Shown here in pieces: positions 1 to 9,774 of a stretch of 64,000 nt of DNA. The notes under the pieces are model-generated. The model made no database searches, was not told the DNA's origin, and saw only the letters and a list, made by a program, of their open reading frames with translations. The stretch spans positions 4,927-68,926 of the IMG/VR virus record IMGVR_UViG_3300005471_000014. One strand, given 5' to 3'. Made by a program: the position numbers and the translations under genes. Each line of letters begins with the position of its first letter. Within the stretch, counting starts at the first letter, position 1. Source of the stretch: a virus.

Positions 1-126
1 CGTCGAGGCTTCCGACGCGGAGGACGCCGCGCGCGAATATCTGCTCGCGCGGAACTGGTTCGCCGATGCCGCGAATCCCCCTGACGCCGATCACATCATT
101 TAAGTCTCAACCAAGGGTCACGCATC

Positions 127-498
127 ATGAGCAAATACAAATGGGATTCGCCCAACGAATGGCTAGCGGCGAAAGCTGCGAAGTATGCCCAGGCGGGCAA
201 TGTCACCGAGCTGCATTCGCTCCTGACCTCCATCATCGACAAGATTGATCCGGATTCGGTACAGGATGTGTTCCAGTCCGAGATGGAGTCGGACGAATAT
301 TTCCTCGATCAAGAGCCATTCGACGCCATCAACAAATTCTCGCGCGATCAGATCGTGCGCGCGCTCGAAAGCGTGAGCATTCAATGCTACGACCACGAGA
401 GCACCGAAGAGCTGCGCGAAGCGCTGCGCGTCAATTATTCCGATGGCACGCTCAAAGCCGACGACATTGCCGCATTCTCCGATGAGGCATCGACATGA
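127..498 (+). CDS. hypothetical phage protein (acidic)
   Basis: 123-aa ORF with protein-like composition, first of an ATGA-coupled chain; AAGGGTCA 6 nt upstream. Confidence 0.7.
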   Translation: MSKYKWDSPNEWLAAKAAKYAQAGNVTELHSLLTSIIDKIDPDSVQDVFQSEMESDEYFLDQEPFDAINKFSRDQIVRALESVSIQCYDHESTEELREALRVNYSDGTLKADDIAAFSDEAST

Positions 499-809
499 AT
501 ACGCGCGACGCCAGCACCGCACCGACGCCGGAAGCCGCGCGCGTGGAAGAAACGGCTACGGGGCTGAAGCAGTACCAGCGCGACGCGTTGACGGTGCTCC
601 GCGCGCGGATCGATCCGAATGATTCGGGATTCGTGGGAACGGACGAAGTCCGCGCCGCGATTCGAGCGATTGGCCCGTACCTCACCGACACGCTTTCACT
701 GATTGATGTGGCGGCAGGGGGCGGATACTACGGCCAGCGCGAATACGTAGCGCGCGATGCGGACAGGGTCCGCACCCGCCGCAAACAAAACGCGGACAAG
801 CCCACATGA
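495..809 (+). CDS. hypothetical phage protein
   Basis: ATGA overlaps with both neighbours. Confidence 0.65.
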   Translation: MNTRDASTAPTPEAARVEETATGLKQYQRDALTVLRARIDPNDSGFVGTDEVRAAIRAIGPYLTDTLSLIDVAAGGGYYGQREYVARDADRVRTRRKQNADKPT

Positions 810-1348
810 CGCGCCTACCGGATGGTGCCAACGTTACCGCGCCTACTCAGCGAGAGATTGTCGCCGTTCTGCGCAGACATCCGCTCGTGAAGCTGCGCGA
901 GACCGTGCGGCGCGCGTTCGTGGTTGGCAGTCAGGCCAAGGGCGCGGCGCACGCCGAGAGCGATGTCGATATCCTGCTCGAAGTCGAGCCGACGCCAAAC
1001 ACCACAGCGGAGCAGCTAGAAGAGCGTTATCGCCAAGCGCTTCGCCAGTATTTCGTGACGCATAACATCCGCGGCAAAGACGATTCGATTCATCCGCAAT
1101 GGCAGGGGCGCCGCGTTGACCTGTATTTCACCTACGACGCGGATAAAGAGACGCGCCCGAAGATCGAATTAACCGCAAGGCCAGACCCGCAGCAACAAAA
1201 GACCAACATCGCACAGCTACGTCGAGCGCTCGACTTCTACGATGCGGCACTCCGCGATCCCAAAGGCCACGAAGTCGGCGCGGTGCGCGATGGGCTCGAA
1301 TGGGTACTCAAGGCCGCGCGAGCTGTGACAGGGAGCACCAACACATGA
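806..1348 (+). CDS. Pol-beta superfamily minimal nucleotidyltransferase (MNT-like)
   Basis: motif FVVGSQAKGAAHAESDVDILL (hG[S]..DxD) and later RRVDL third Asp. Confidence 0.8.
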   Translation: MTRLPDGANVTAPTQREIVAVLRRHPLVKLRETVRRAFVVGSQAKGAAHAESDVDILLEVEPTPNTTAEQLEERYRQALRQYFVTHNIRGKDDSIHPQWQGRRVDLYFTYDADKETRPKIELTARPDPQQQKTNIAQLRRALDFYDAALRDPKGHEVGAVRDGLEWVLKAARAVTGSTNT

Positions 1349-1824
1349 GCGTCGGGACATCCGGATATATGGAACAGGCCCAGGCCATTGCAAGCGAGCA
1401 CCCGCAATTCAAGACGGCGCCATTCCGCGCGAAGGCCGATGTGCTCGAAACGATCCGCAACCATTGGTCCGAATTTGAACGAGATGGACTTACCATCGAG
1501 CAGGCGGCGAATGCAGCGCTTGTTCAGATATTGCCGATGCCATGGTGCGAGAGCTGCCGCAGCTATCACCATGCGAGCGCGCCTCACATCCGGTCAGAAC
1601 GGACCACGCCCAAACTCATTTGGGATCAACTCAGCGAAGCGTCGCTTGCACTTGCGAATGCGAAGGCCCGCCTCTACATGCTCGATAGGACCGTTGCGCA
1701 TTATGAGGCGGATCGCGCGCTGTGGGAGCAATCGCAATCGATCCTCTCGCTCTACAGAGAAGCGGAAGGCCAACTGAATGCTTTGGGCAATGTGGTGCGA
1801 GAGCTGGCCAAAGATAGCCTATGA
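1345..1824 (+). CDS. hypothetical protein with CxxC-xxxH motif
   Basis: ATG overlaps upstream stop; WCESCRSYHH. Confidence 0.55.
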   Translation: MSVGTSGYMEQAQAIASEHPQFKTAPFRAKADVLETIRNHWSEFERDGLTIEQAANAALVQILPMPWCESCRSYHHASAPHIRSERTTPKLIWDQLSEASLALANAKARLYMLDRTVAHYEADRALWEQSQSILSLYREAEGQLNALGNVVRELAKDSL

Positions 1825-2162
1825 GCTACATAAGAGTCATCCCGCGCGATCTATTCAACGAAGCCAACTTGCTGAAGTGCTTCGGTCGTCTTTGGATCGA
1901 GACCGAGCGCTTTCGCTGCGTGCGTATTGAGCACGACGGCGATCCGTTCCAGATCGAACAGAACGAGGACAGCGGTTCGCTCAGCATTGCGAACGTGCAG
2001 GTGCGGATCGGGGGCCGGTCTTGCCAAGTGTGGCGCCCCCTGAACAGTCGCGACGCCTGGCCGCTCTACTTGCAAGTCGGCGACGAGGATGAGATTCGCG
2101 TATTCACCGACGAAGGCGCCCTGTCATCCGAAATGATGGCGCTTATCGAGGCCGCATCATGA
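1821..2162 (+). CDS. hypothetical phage protein
   Basis: coupled ORF, globular composition. Confidence 0.65.
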   Translation: MSYIRVIPRDLFNEANLLKCFGRLWIETERFRCVRIEHDGDPFQIEQNEDSGSLSIANVQVRIGGRSCQVWRPLNSRDAWPLYLQVGDEDEIRVFTDEGALSSEMMALIEAAS

Positions 2163-2900
2163 ACGCGCCCCCCAGCTCACAGGAAAATAACGGAGGAGTC
2201 ATGTCACAAAGCACCAGCACACCGCAGCTCTATACGCTGGAAGTCGACGGACGACTCGGACCGGTAGGCGCCTACACGAGTCCAGCGGAGGCGCTACCCG
2301 ATGCCATGGCGGCTGCGAACGAGAACGCGACAATCCGCCTCCGGGGCATTGAGCGCGATTACCTGTTGCAACGGCTTCCGAATGGCGCGGAGTGGGTATG
2401 ACACAGAGCAACGTCCGGCTTATGCAGTCCCGAGGTCACGCCATCCTCGCGATCTACTCCGGAGCGCGCATCTATATCGCGGAAAGCTACGGCTTCGGCC
2501 GCGCACCGGAGTGCTACTTGTCCGGATGCATCAGTCTCACGCGGCCGGCACACGTAATGAGTGCCGAGCAACACAACATCATGCGAGGAGTACACATGGA
2601 CAGCAACGAACCGAAACAGCCGGAACAGCCGCACATCTACGACGCCATGAAGGCAGCGGGGGTGCAGATCGATAACCATTACTCGGACTTGTACGTGCCC
2701 GTCAACGACACGACGCGCGCCATCATCGCCAAGTATCCGGATGCGCGTCCGCGAACGTTCACGAGTCAGATCGACAGCAAGCCGTGGTTTGAACTGACGT
2801 TCGCGTATCTGCCCTACTGGGAACAGCGTACGGCAGAAAAGCGGAACGCGGCAGGCTCGCCCACCGATGTCACCACCAACAACACCACCGAGAGCAAATC

Positions 2901-3596
2901 ATGACAATTCGACGCAACCTCAATGCGGCCGAGATGAGCGGGCGCCTCGCACTGATTGAGACGATGGACGAAACCGCACCGGTACCGTTGTACTTTGCCG
3001 TCCGCAGCGTGCGGGAGCTGATCGGCGAGAAGTGCGACGACCTGATACGCGATGTTCACGCGCTGAACCTAGCCGCGCCGAATTGCGATCAGATTCGCGA
3101 AGTCGAATCGGTGATGTATGCCTACGTCGCAGATGCGAATCCGCATCCGTTCGAGGCCGCGGAACAATTCGGGAGGTCGCTGGCAGACGCCAAGACTTCC
3201 GCGCCGATCATTGCGCGCGAAGTCGAAACGCGCCCTGACTTGAATCCGCCGCCGGTTCCGGCTCTGCCGACACGCGAACAGACGCTGCGCGACTTTTTGC
3301 GGAGCATTGCCAGGGGCGAACACTACCCCGACGACCCCGAAGGAATGACCAAGGCCGAGATCGCTGAAGCCGTCTTGAACGCAATCGAAACACGAGCGCG
3401 CTCTCTGCAAGCAACACTCTATCTTCACTCCCGCTATTCTGATCCGGACATCGAGCCGGCGCGCGAAGCCTTGGTTCGTGCCATTCAATCGCGCGCGCCT
3501 CGTATCGCTGCGCGATATGATATGCGTACCCTTTTAGGGACGCTCCAAGCCGCCACGGCGTTGCTCGATGGCTCAACCGATGAACCCGCAACGTGA
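2901..3596 (+). CDS. hypothetical phage protein
   Basis: 231-aa coupled ORF. Confidence 0.6.
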   Translation: MTIRRNLNAAEMSGRLALIETMDETAPVPLYFAVRSVRELIGEKCDDLIRDVHALNLAAPNCDQIREVESVMYAYVADANPHPFEAAEQFGRSLADAKTSAPIIAREVETRPDLNPPPVPALPTREQTLRDFLRSIARGEHYPDDPEGMTKAEIAEAVLNAIETRARSLQATLYLHSRYSDPDIEPAREALVRAIQSRAPRIAARYDMRTLLGTLQAATALLDGSTDEPAT

Positions 3597-3829
3597 TGCT
3601 GAGATGGTGGCGCCCGTCTGCTCGCGAGGTTCGAGAGTTCCGCGAATCGCGCGACTTGACGCGCGAGCAGTTCGTGGCGCCGTTGGGCATCGCAATCGAG
3701 CGGATCAAAGACTATGAGACCGAGCGCGCGCAGATGTCTGCGCACCTATGGATGCTCGTGCGCATTACCTGGGACCCGCTCGTGCGCGCGCAATGGCTGC
3801 AATGGATTCAGAAGAGGACGGAGCAATGA
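3593..3829 (+). CDS. XRE-family HTH protein
   Basis: VREFRESRDLTREQFVAPLGIAIERIKDYE matches XRE helix pattern. Confidence 0.65.
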   Translation: MMLRWWRPSAREVREFRESRDLTREQFVAPLGIAIERIKDYETERAQMSAHLWMLVRITWDPLVRAQWLQWIQKRTEQ

Positions 3830-4506
3830 GAGAAACCATGAATCCAACGGAAGCTGAAGCCGCCGGTGCTGACCCGCGGCTTCCCGCACCCGTTCGTGAG
3901 CGCTGGAAGATCGTCATCGAACGCGCGACGGCGAACGCGGCAGCAATTCAAGAACGAATCGGGCCTGAGCGGCAAGCGGTGATCGCTGCATACATGGATC
4001 ACATTGTGAAGAGCACGGACCCCACATGGATACGGCTCCGTGCGCTCAATCGCCTCGCCGATGAACACATGGCATTCACCCAAGGCAACGTCGCTTGCCG
4101 GCGCGGCTGTTCACATTGCTGTCATTGCGCGGTCGCGGTCGCCAAACCCGAGGCGGAAATGATTGGCATGGCGATCAAGCGACCACCCAAGAAGGTAAGC
4201 GGCGTTGTCAAAATGGACGCGAGCGGCAATTTCGAGGGCTTCGATTGGGGATACCACAACCCCTGCTCATTCCTCAAGAATGGCGAGTGCTCGATTTACG
4301 AGCATCGACCTCTCGCATGTCGCGTTCACTACAATCTCGACAATGATGACCTCCTGTGTCAGCTCAATCCGCCGTTGGGACAGCCGGTCCCGTGGCTCGA
4401 TGCGACGGCTTACAAAAAAGCATACATGCACATCTGTGGGCCGAAGCCAAAGCTCGCCGACATTCGGGAATATTTCCCGAAGCCAACCGGAGCAGACCGC
4501 ACATGA
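3826..4506 (+). CDS. YkgJ/CxxCxxCC-family cysteine-cluster protein
   Basis: CRRGCSHCC and CSFLKNGECSIYEHRPLACR motifs. Confidence 0.85.
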   Translation: MRETMNPTEAEAAGADPRLPAPVRERWKIVIERATANAAAIQERIGPERQAVIAAYMDHIVKSTDPTWIRLRALNRLADEHMAFTQGNVACRRGCSHCCHCAVAVAKPEAEMIGMAIKRPPKKVSGVVKMDASGNFEGFDWGYHNPCSFLKNGECSIYEHRPLACRVHYNLDNDDLLCQLNPPLGQPVPWLDATAYKKAYMHICGPKPKLADIREYFPKPTGADRT

Positions 4507-5159
4507 CGATCAGATTCATGCCCTGCATCTGCGTCCCCGGAATGGAATGCAACGTCAATGGACGTTGCCCTACGAAGGATCGCGAGCGCGAGCGACATCC
4601 GGACGAGCCAAAGAAGAAGCCGGAAACAACTGACGCGGCACGAGCTGATTGCATGAAGACGGTGCGATCGTGACTGCCGCGTGCGAAGAAAGCCGGAAGG
4701 CCGCCGCAAAACTGCGTGAAGGCCAAGTTTTGCAGGATCGTTACCGCGGCGGAAGGGTCTACGTCGATAGCTTGAAGGGTACGCGCGTACGCATATTTCA
4801 AGCTGAGAAGCCCCCCAAGAGCGATACCTACGTGCGCGCGCGTGGCTCCCCGGCGCGATGGGTAACCGCTGCGCGTCTCGTCAGGGACTTTTTCTTGGTC
4901 CAGCACGCATGAGGCCAGATCAGATCAAAACGGAGTGGGAGGCTATTCACGCAGCTCAGCGACGCCTTAGAGCAGCGAAGCGCTCACTTCGGTCAGCGCT
5001 CGCAAAGCGAGAACGGCGCGCTGCGCGAATTGAGGCGGCTGTCAGGGCATTTGAGGAATGTGCGCGCATCGTGGAGGCGGCCCAAACTGAACTGCAAATG
5101 GCACAACGCGAGAACGATCAGGCATTTCTGCGCTCGGCAAAACGGCGGTTGCGTGGCGT

Positions 5160-5780
5160 ATGAGCCTCACCTCTCTACGCGAGCTGCCGCCATCGCTTGC
5201 GAAACTGCCCAGGGCGCACGGCTTCCCGGTGCCCTGGTTTGTTTGCTACTTCAATGGCAAACCGGATTTCCGCGTGATCGATCCCGTCAAGCGGCTGCGT
5301 GCGATGAAGCAGGGCCTGTGCTGGATTTGTGGCGAGCGGCTTCGCCCCTCGAAGACATTCGTACTCGGCCCGATGTGCGTGATCCAGCGCATCAGTTACG
5401 AGCCACCGAGTCACCCTGATTGTGCGGAGGCGGCTATGCGCATTTGCCCGTTTCTCAGCATGACCGAGTTCGCGCGTAGAGAGGCGCAGCTACCCGACCC
5501 GAGCAAAATTGAGACGATCCCGTTGATGCAATCCCACAATCCCGGCGTGCATGCATTGTGGACGACGACGGCGTTCCGGCGCGATGACACGCTCGTTCAC
5601 GTCGGGGCGCCGTCGAGCGTCACATGGCGCTCACACGGGCGCCCGGCAACGCGCGCAGAAGTATGCGATGCGCTGAAGGACGCGCACGCGCGTCTCGAAG
5701 ATAAGGGCCATCTGCCGGTGTTGTGGCTCGACGAGCTACATCGAGAAGCAATTGCTCTTGCTCCGCCCGATCCGTCCTAA
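5160..5780 (+). CDS. hypothetical protein with putative Zn ligands
   Basis: CWICG ... HPDC ... CPFL. Confidence 0.65.
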   Translation: MSLTSLRELPPSLAKLPRAHGFPVPWFVCYFNGKPDFRVIDPVKRLRAMKQGLCWICGERLRPSKTFVLGPMCVIQRISYEPPSHPDCAEAAMRICPFLSMTEFARREAQLPDPSKIETIPLMQSHNPGVHALWTTTAFRRDDTLVHVGAPSSVTWRSHGRPATRAEVCDALKDAHARLEDKGHLPVLWLDELHREAIALAPPDPS

Positions 5781-5837
5781 AAATGATTCATGTATTGACG
5801 ACGAGACAACCATCGAGTAGAGCGCGACTCCACTTTG

Positions 5838-5846
5838 TGATATAAT
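5838..5846 (+). promoter_or_regulatory. extended -10 sigma70 promoter (TGnTATAAT)
   Basis: TGATATAAT in AT-rich intergenic DNA 35 nt before ATG 5882. Confidence 0.6.
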
Positions 5847-5881
5847 GCTCTCGCGTCAACACAGATTGAGGGTCACAACCC

Positions 5882-6496
5882 ATGGACCAAAACAACGAAG
5901 ACGGCGCCAAAACTTTGCTCGCTGAGCGATACGAGATCGTGAACGCGACTTGGCCGGAATCTGACTTGCCGGCACTCACGGATCACGAAGCGACGACAGC
6001 AGCGCGCCGTTTGTATCGCTACGGGTTTTCACTCTTTGACATCAAGCGCACGTTTCGCGGCGAGGTGCGGATCACGAGCGGCAAGCGCCATACGTGGGTC
6101 TACGGCGAGCGGGGCCGAGTCGTGGCTGGCCGCTACGTCCGTCACCGGTCGCAGGTGATGATGATCAACGCTGGCAAGGGCTGGCACGAGGTCGTGCATG
6201 GCCTTTCGCACTATGTTCACCACGAGTGCCGCCCTCATGAGACGGGGCACCGCGACGGCCACGCGTGGGTCGAGCGCAAGATGATCGAACATGTCGTCGC
6301 TCAGGGCTGGCTCACTGGGAAGCTGAAGCGACCCGAACGCGCGAAGCCCGACCGCAACGTCAAGGCCGAGAACTACGAGCGCGTGTGCCAGCGGCTCCGC
6401 AAATGGGAGTCGAGACTCAAGCGCGCGCAAACCACTATCAAAAAGCTGCGCCAATCCCGGCGCCGCTATGAACGAGAAGGAGTCTCTGCATCATGA
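5882..6496 (+). CDS. hypothetical protein with HExxH motif and basic coiled-coil tail
   Basis: WHEVVHGLSHYVH; own promoter. Confidence 0.65.
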   Translation: MDQNNEDGAKTLLAERYEIVNATWPESDLPALTDHEATTAARRLYRYGFSLFDIKRTFRGEVRITSGKRHTWVYGERGRVVAGRYVRHRSQVMMINAGKGWHEVVHGLSHYVHHECRPHETGHRDGHAWVERKMIEHVVAQGWLTGKLKRPERAKPDRNVKAENYERVCQRLRKWESRLKRAQTTIKKLRQSRRRYEREGVSAS

Positions 6497-6739
6497 ACCA
6501 GAAACGCTCGGCGCCGCCGAAGCGCACCGGCGCCAAGAAGTCCCCGGCGCCACGGGTTGAACCCGAGCCGATCAACGCCGTCGCCGAAGAGCTGGCGGAA
6601 GCGTGCCTGACCTTCATCGATGTGACGGGTCGGCCGCCAGTCACGAAGCTGTGCTGGATCGAGATGAACGAACACATCATCGCGGGATGCCGTTCACGCA
6701 TCGAGGCCGCTCGCGAAGAGCTTGCAATGAGAAGCGCAC

Positions 6740-7108
6740 ATGACCCAGTTCAACCCGGATGATTTCAGCTTCGACGGAATGTACCTGACCTACAGTGGCC
6801 AGTTCGTCGGCCGCTTCAAGCACCAGTCTCGCGACTGCGAGGCATTCACGAGATTCCTGATTGAGCACTTCACCGTCGAGGAATACTTCCGGCTGCATGC
6901 TGAAGGCATGTCCCCCGTGACCATCCTCGAAACGAAGGGCTACGTCAGCGCGACCGTCAAGGAACTGCTGACGCGCGCTGGCTACGAGCCCACGCAGGCG
7001 GGGTTCAAGGCATACGTCAACGACGCGCGCCCCGCCAGGGTTGAGGTCGAACCACATGAAGAAAACGCCGCCGCGCCAACCACACAGCCAACGACGAGGA
7101 CAACATGA
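6740..7108 (+). CDS. hypothetical phage protein
   Basis: 122-aa ORF in coupled chain. Confidence 0.6.
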   Translation: MTQFNPDDFSFDGMYLTYSGQFVGRFKHQSRDCEAFTRFLIEHFTVEEYFRLHAEGMSPVTILETKGYVSATVKELLTRAGYEPTQAGFKAYVNDARPARVEVEPHEENAAAPTTQPTTRTT

Positions 7109-7671
7109 AATCGAAGCCCCGCAAGGCGAAGGCGCCTCCGCTCACCCTCAAGACAGGCAATGCCATAGACGGATGGGTGGAGCATGAGGGACGCGCTCGA
7201 TTCTATGCAGGCGACCGCGCGCTATTCGAGATCGTTCCTCGCGAACGCGGAATTGAAATCACGGGCATCGACATCAACGAAATCGCGATCAGGCCCTCGC
7301 ACGCCAATTGTGTATTCATCGATGATGCGGAGCGCCCGACGAAATCCGTCGCCGCTGCCACAGCGGAGGAGGAGCCGGCTGATCCGGGAGAAAAGAAGTA
7401 CATCGTGCGAGGCGTCGGCGCCAAATATGGCGGCCTATGTGTCGCGTGCGGTCAGCCGACCGGGAATAGACCTTGGGACCTGGCGGAACTCGTGCTCCTG
7501 CAAGAGCCCGAGGACAAACAACTCGCAGCCAAAGCAAGAGAGCAAGGCAGAAAGGCACCGACGCCCGATCATGCTGTCGCCCATGCGAGATGCGTCGGCA
7601 TCAGTATAAATTCGCGCGGCAAAGTGCGCGGCGAATTGCCCGCTTCGGTCATGGTCAAATCGCGAGAGTGA
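7105..7671 (+). CDS. hypothetical protein, CxxC..HxxC zinc-finger-like
   Basis: CVACG ... HARC. Confidence 0.55.
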   Translation: MKSKPRKAKAPPLTLKTGNAIDGWVEHEGRARFYAGDRALFEIVPRERGIEITGIDINEIAIRPSHANCVFIDDAERPTKSVAAATAEEEPADPGEKKYIVRGVGAKYGGLCVACGQPTGNRPWDLAELVLLQEPEDKQLAAKAREQGRKAPTPDHAVAHARCVGISINSRGKVRGELPASVMVKSRE

Positions 7672-7966
7672 AGAGCGGCGGCGCGGGATAAACCCTGCGC
7701 GCCGCCCTCCACGTTCTACGTGCGTGGCCCGCTCAGCAGAGCCGCTGCGCTGTACGTCTGCGATGCAGTCCCTGCGCCCATCCTGAACGCCGGATTTGCG
7801 GTACTCGTGAACACCGCATCGTTCGCGGCCCATTGCGCCAAGGGCAACGCGCCGAAGTTCTCCTCGATCGGCGCCCCCAGTGTTTTCATTTCCGCCCGAA
7901 GTATCGGCTTGCGCGCCGAAGCCTTCACAGTGTCTGGCTTCGGTGCGCTCGCTTTATCCTCGGGCG

Positions 7967-8182
7967 CTACGCAAAAGGGCTGACGAGCACCTGCGCGCGG
8001 GTCATATCCAGATCGGCTGGAAGTTTCCCCGAGCGCTGTGCATCGAGCAGCACCTTCAATGCGACTGCTTGGCCATCGACCCCTGTATCCCATTCGGGAC
8101 CGAAGAGCAGACGCTCACTCTTCCCATCCTCACGTTCCTTCTTCGTTGGCTGTTCAATGACAGCCACGCCAAATAGCGACAT
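7967..8182 (-). CDS. small hypothetical phage protein (71 aa)
   Basis: MSLFGVAVIEQPTKKE...VLVSPFA; GAGGGTCA upstream. Confidence 0.6.
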   Translation of the reverse strand: MSLFGVAVIEQPTKKEREDGKSERLLFGPEWDTGVDGQAVALKVLLDAQRSGKLPADLDMTRAQVLVSPFA

Positions 8183-8211
8183 GGTTTGACCCTCAGTTGA
8201 TTGGTTCACGA

Positions 8212-8554
8212 TCGACTGAAAGTCCACCCACGGCAGGAAGCCGGGCGAGCACCAACGGGAGACGAACAACCCAAACTCGCGTGCCCGGATTTCGCCAGCT
8301 TTCGGCCAGCGCCACACCCTTGCTCGCTTTCACCATTCACCCTTGCAGATAGATGCACCCTTGCAGCCTGCCAACTTGAACCATGAGCCTTGAGTTGGTC
8401 ACATTGCAGACGGGAATTGAACCCGTGACTTCCGGCTTACAAAGCCAGTGCTCTGTCTACTGAGCTACTGCATCGGCTAGTGAGTGTTTTTCAAGAACAC
8501 CCGGTAACTCGTTCGTCTGTTTCTGGCAATTTACTCTGCGTGTCGGACAATCGA
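8212..8554 (-). ncRNA. candidate ~340-nt structured RNA enclosing a tRNA domain and short repeats
   Basis: nested long-range pairings 8549-8554/8212-8217, 8545-8548/8222-8225, 8536-8542/8229-8236, 8511-8518/8260-8267. Confidence 0.55.
8402..8474 (-). tRNA. tRNA-Thr(UGU)-like with imperfect acceptor stem
   Basis: D arm GCTC/GAGC, anticodon arm CTGGC-TTTGTAA-GCCGG, T arm ACGGG-TTCAATT-CCCGT; G1:U72 and A2:A71; no adjacent CCA. Confidence 0.7.
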
Positions 8555-8560
8555 AAAAAA

Positions 8561-9079
8561 CTATGCAGCCTCCATCAAGTCCGTCGTGGCATTCACCACC
8601 TCAAGCGTCGCATCGACGATCGAGGGCTCCGCGCGATACAGCTCGCGCTTCGCATCGCGCTGCGCGGGATCGTAGTAGCGGCGGATGCGCACCTCGGTGA
8701 CGGCGCCGCCCGGCGCGGTCTGAAGGTTCTGCTCCTTCAAGCCGCGATCGGTGAGCTTGCCCCACACTTCCGCCTCAAACTTCGCGAGATCGCGGCGACG
8801 ATGAATCCATTCGGCGAGTGACTTGGTGACCTGTTGCCCGTCGAGTTCGATCGTGACGGGCGTCGCGAGATTCGTGCGCTGGATCGCCACGCGCAGCTCA
8901 AGAATCTTCGCGAGAATGTCGTGATGCGCCTGCAACCAGCCGGCGACAGTGGCCGCCTGATCCGGATACGTCGGCGTCTGGATATTGAGGTCCGCGCAGA
9001 ACTCGCTCACCTTGCCGCGCAAATCCTCGGCTTTCTTCGCCAGCTCCTTGAGCTGCTTCATCGCATGGATGAGTTTCAT
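8561..9079 (-). CDS. DIP1984/DUF6847-like coiled-coil protein
   Basis: MKLIHAM..., LRVAIQRTNLAT, SLAEWIHRRRDL, VDATLEVVNATT resemble the family pattern as recalled. Confidence 0.6.
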   Translation of the reverse strand: MKLIHAMKQLKELAKKAEDLRGKVSEFCADLNIQTPTYPDQAATVAGWLQAHHDILAKILELRVAIQRTNLATPVTIELDGQQVTKSLAEWIHRRRDLAKFEAEVWGKLTDRGLKEQNLQTAPGGAVTEVRIRRYYDPAQRDAKRELYRAEPSIVDATLEVVNATTDLMEAA

Positions 9080-9206
9080 TTGTTTCGTCCTTTGACCCTT
9101 GAAAAGTGCCGGCGCATTCGTCTTTTTCAAAGACGAACGCGCCGGTACAAAGTCACCACATAACACGGTATCAACGCTAGCTGATTAGAGGGTTCGCACA
9201 TTCAGT

Positions 9207-9226
9207 CGGTCAATCTTCGCAACACC
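9207..9226 (-). promoter_or_regulatory. phage promoter motif GGTGTTGCGAAGATTGACCG (copy 1)
   Basis: exact 20-bp copy at 23566-23585, 17/18 copy at 51026-51043; contains TTGAC, TCTAAT 18 nt downstream. Confidence 0.6.
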
Positions 9227-9227
9227 C

Positions 9228-9677
9228 TCAGACGAAAATCCCCAGGTGATGCAGCCGGCCGCGCAGATATGCGAGATACGTGCGCCAGTCGGAGTACAGA
9301 GCGGAGCGGCTTTTGTTGAGCCGGGACGCCTTCTGTTCGACCGAGCCGCCCTGGCAGTACCAAACATAGATCAGCGCATAGACCGATTCGTGACTGCGTC
9401 GAATCGCACCGTCGAGCGCCAGCACATCGTCATGCATGACTTCGTCTCCACCGGGAAGCGGCGCGCCCTCCGCTTGTCGCATCATCCAGTAGATCGGATT
9501 GGCATTGCTCTTTGTCCAGTCAAACGCTTGCTGGGACCAACGAACACACAGCTCGTCCATTGGACCGAGATCGGAAGGCAGTCCGGCGTCGGCTGGTTGC
9601 TCAGCTTCTCTTCGTTGCTCCAATAGGCGCGCAGCTCTTCTATCAACCACAGCGCCCACCCACGACGGTAACGGCAT
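9228..9677 (-). CDS. antiterminator Q-like / late regulator with C-terminal HTH
   Basis: YALIYVWYCQGGSVEQKASRLNKSRSALY HTH pattern; position after replication genes; start uncertain. Confidence 0.55.
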   Translation of the reverse strand: MPLPSWVGAVVDRRAARLLEQRREAEQPADAGLPSDLGPMDELCVRWSQQAFDWTKSNANPIYWMMRQAEGAPLPGGDEVMHDDVLALDGAIRRSHESVYALIYVWYCQGGSVEQKASRLNKSRSALYSDWRTYLAYLRGRLHHLGIFV

Positions 9678-9774
9678 TTGAAATACTCACGGGCTTGCAT
9701 GCGACGAACCTCTGCCGTCCGCTCGTAGTAGCGGCGGTAGTACCCGCGCTCAACCCGTGATCGTGTGGTGACCG

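Noticed and set aside
8402-8474. tRNA as an attP/attL integration scar
   Set aside because: No duplicated 3' fragment seen in the window and it is 8 kb from the integrase; cannot be fully excluded without the host genome.
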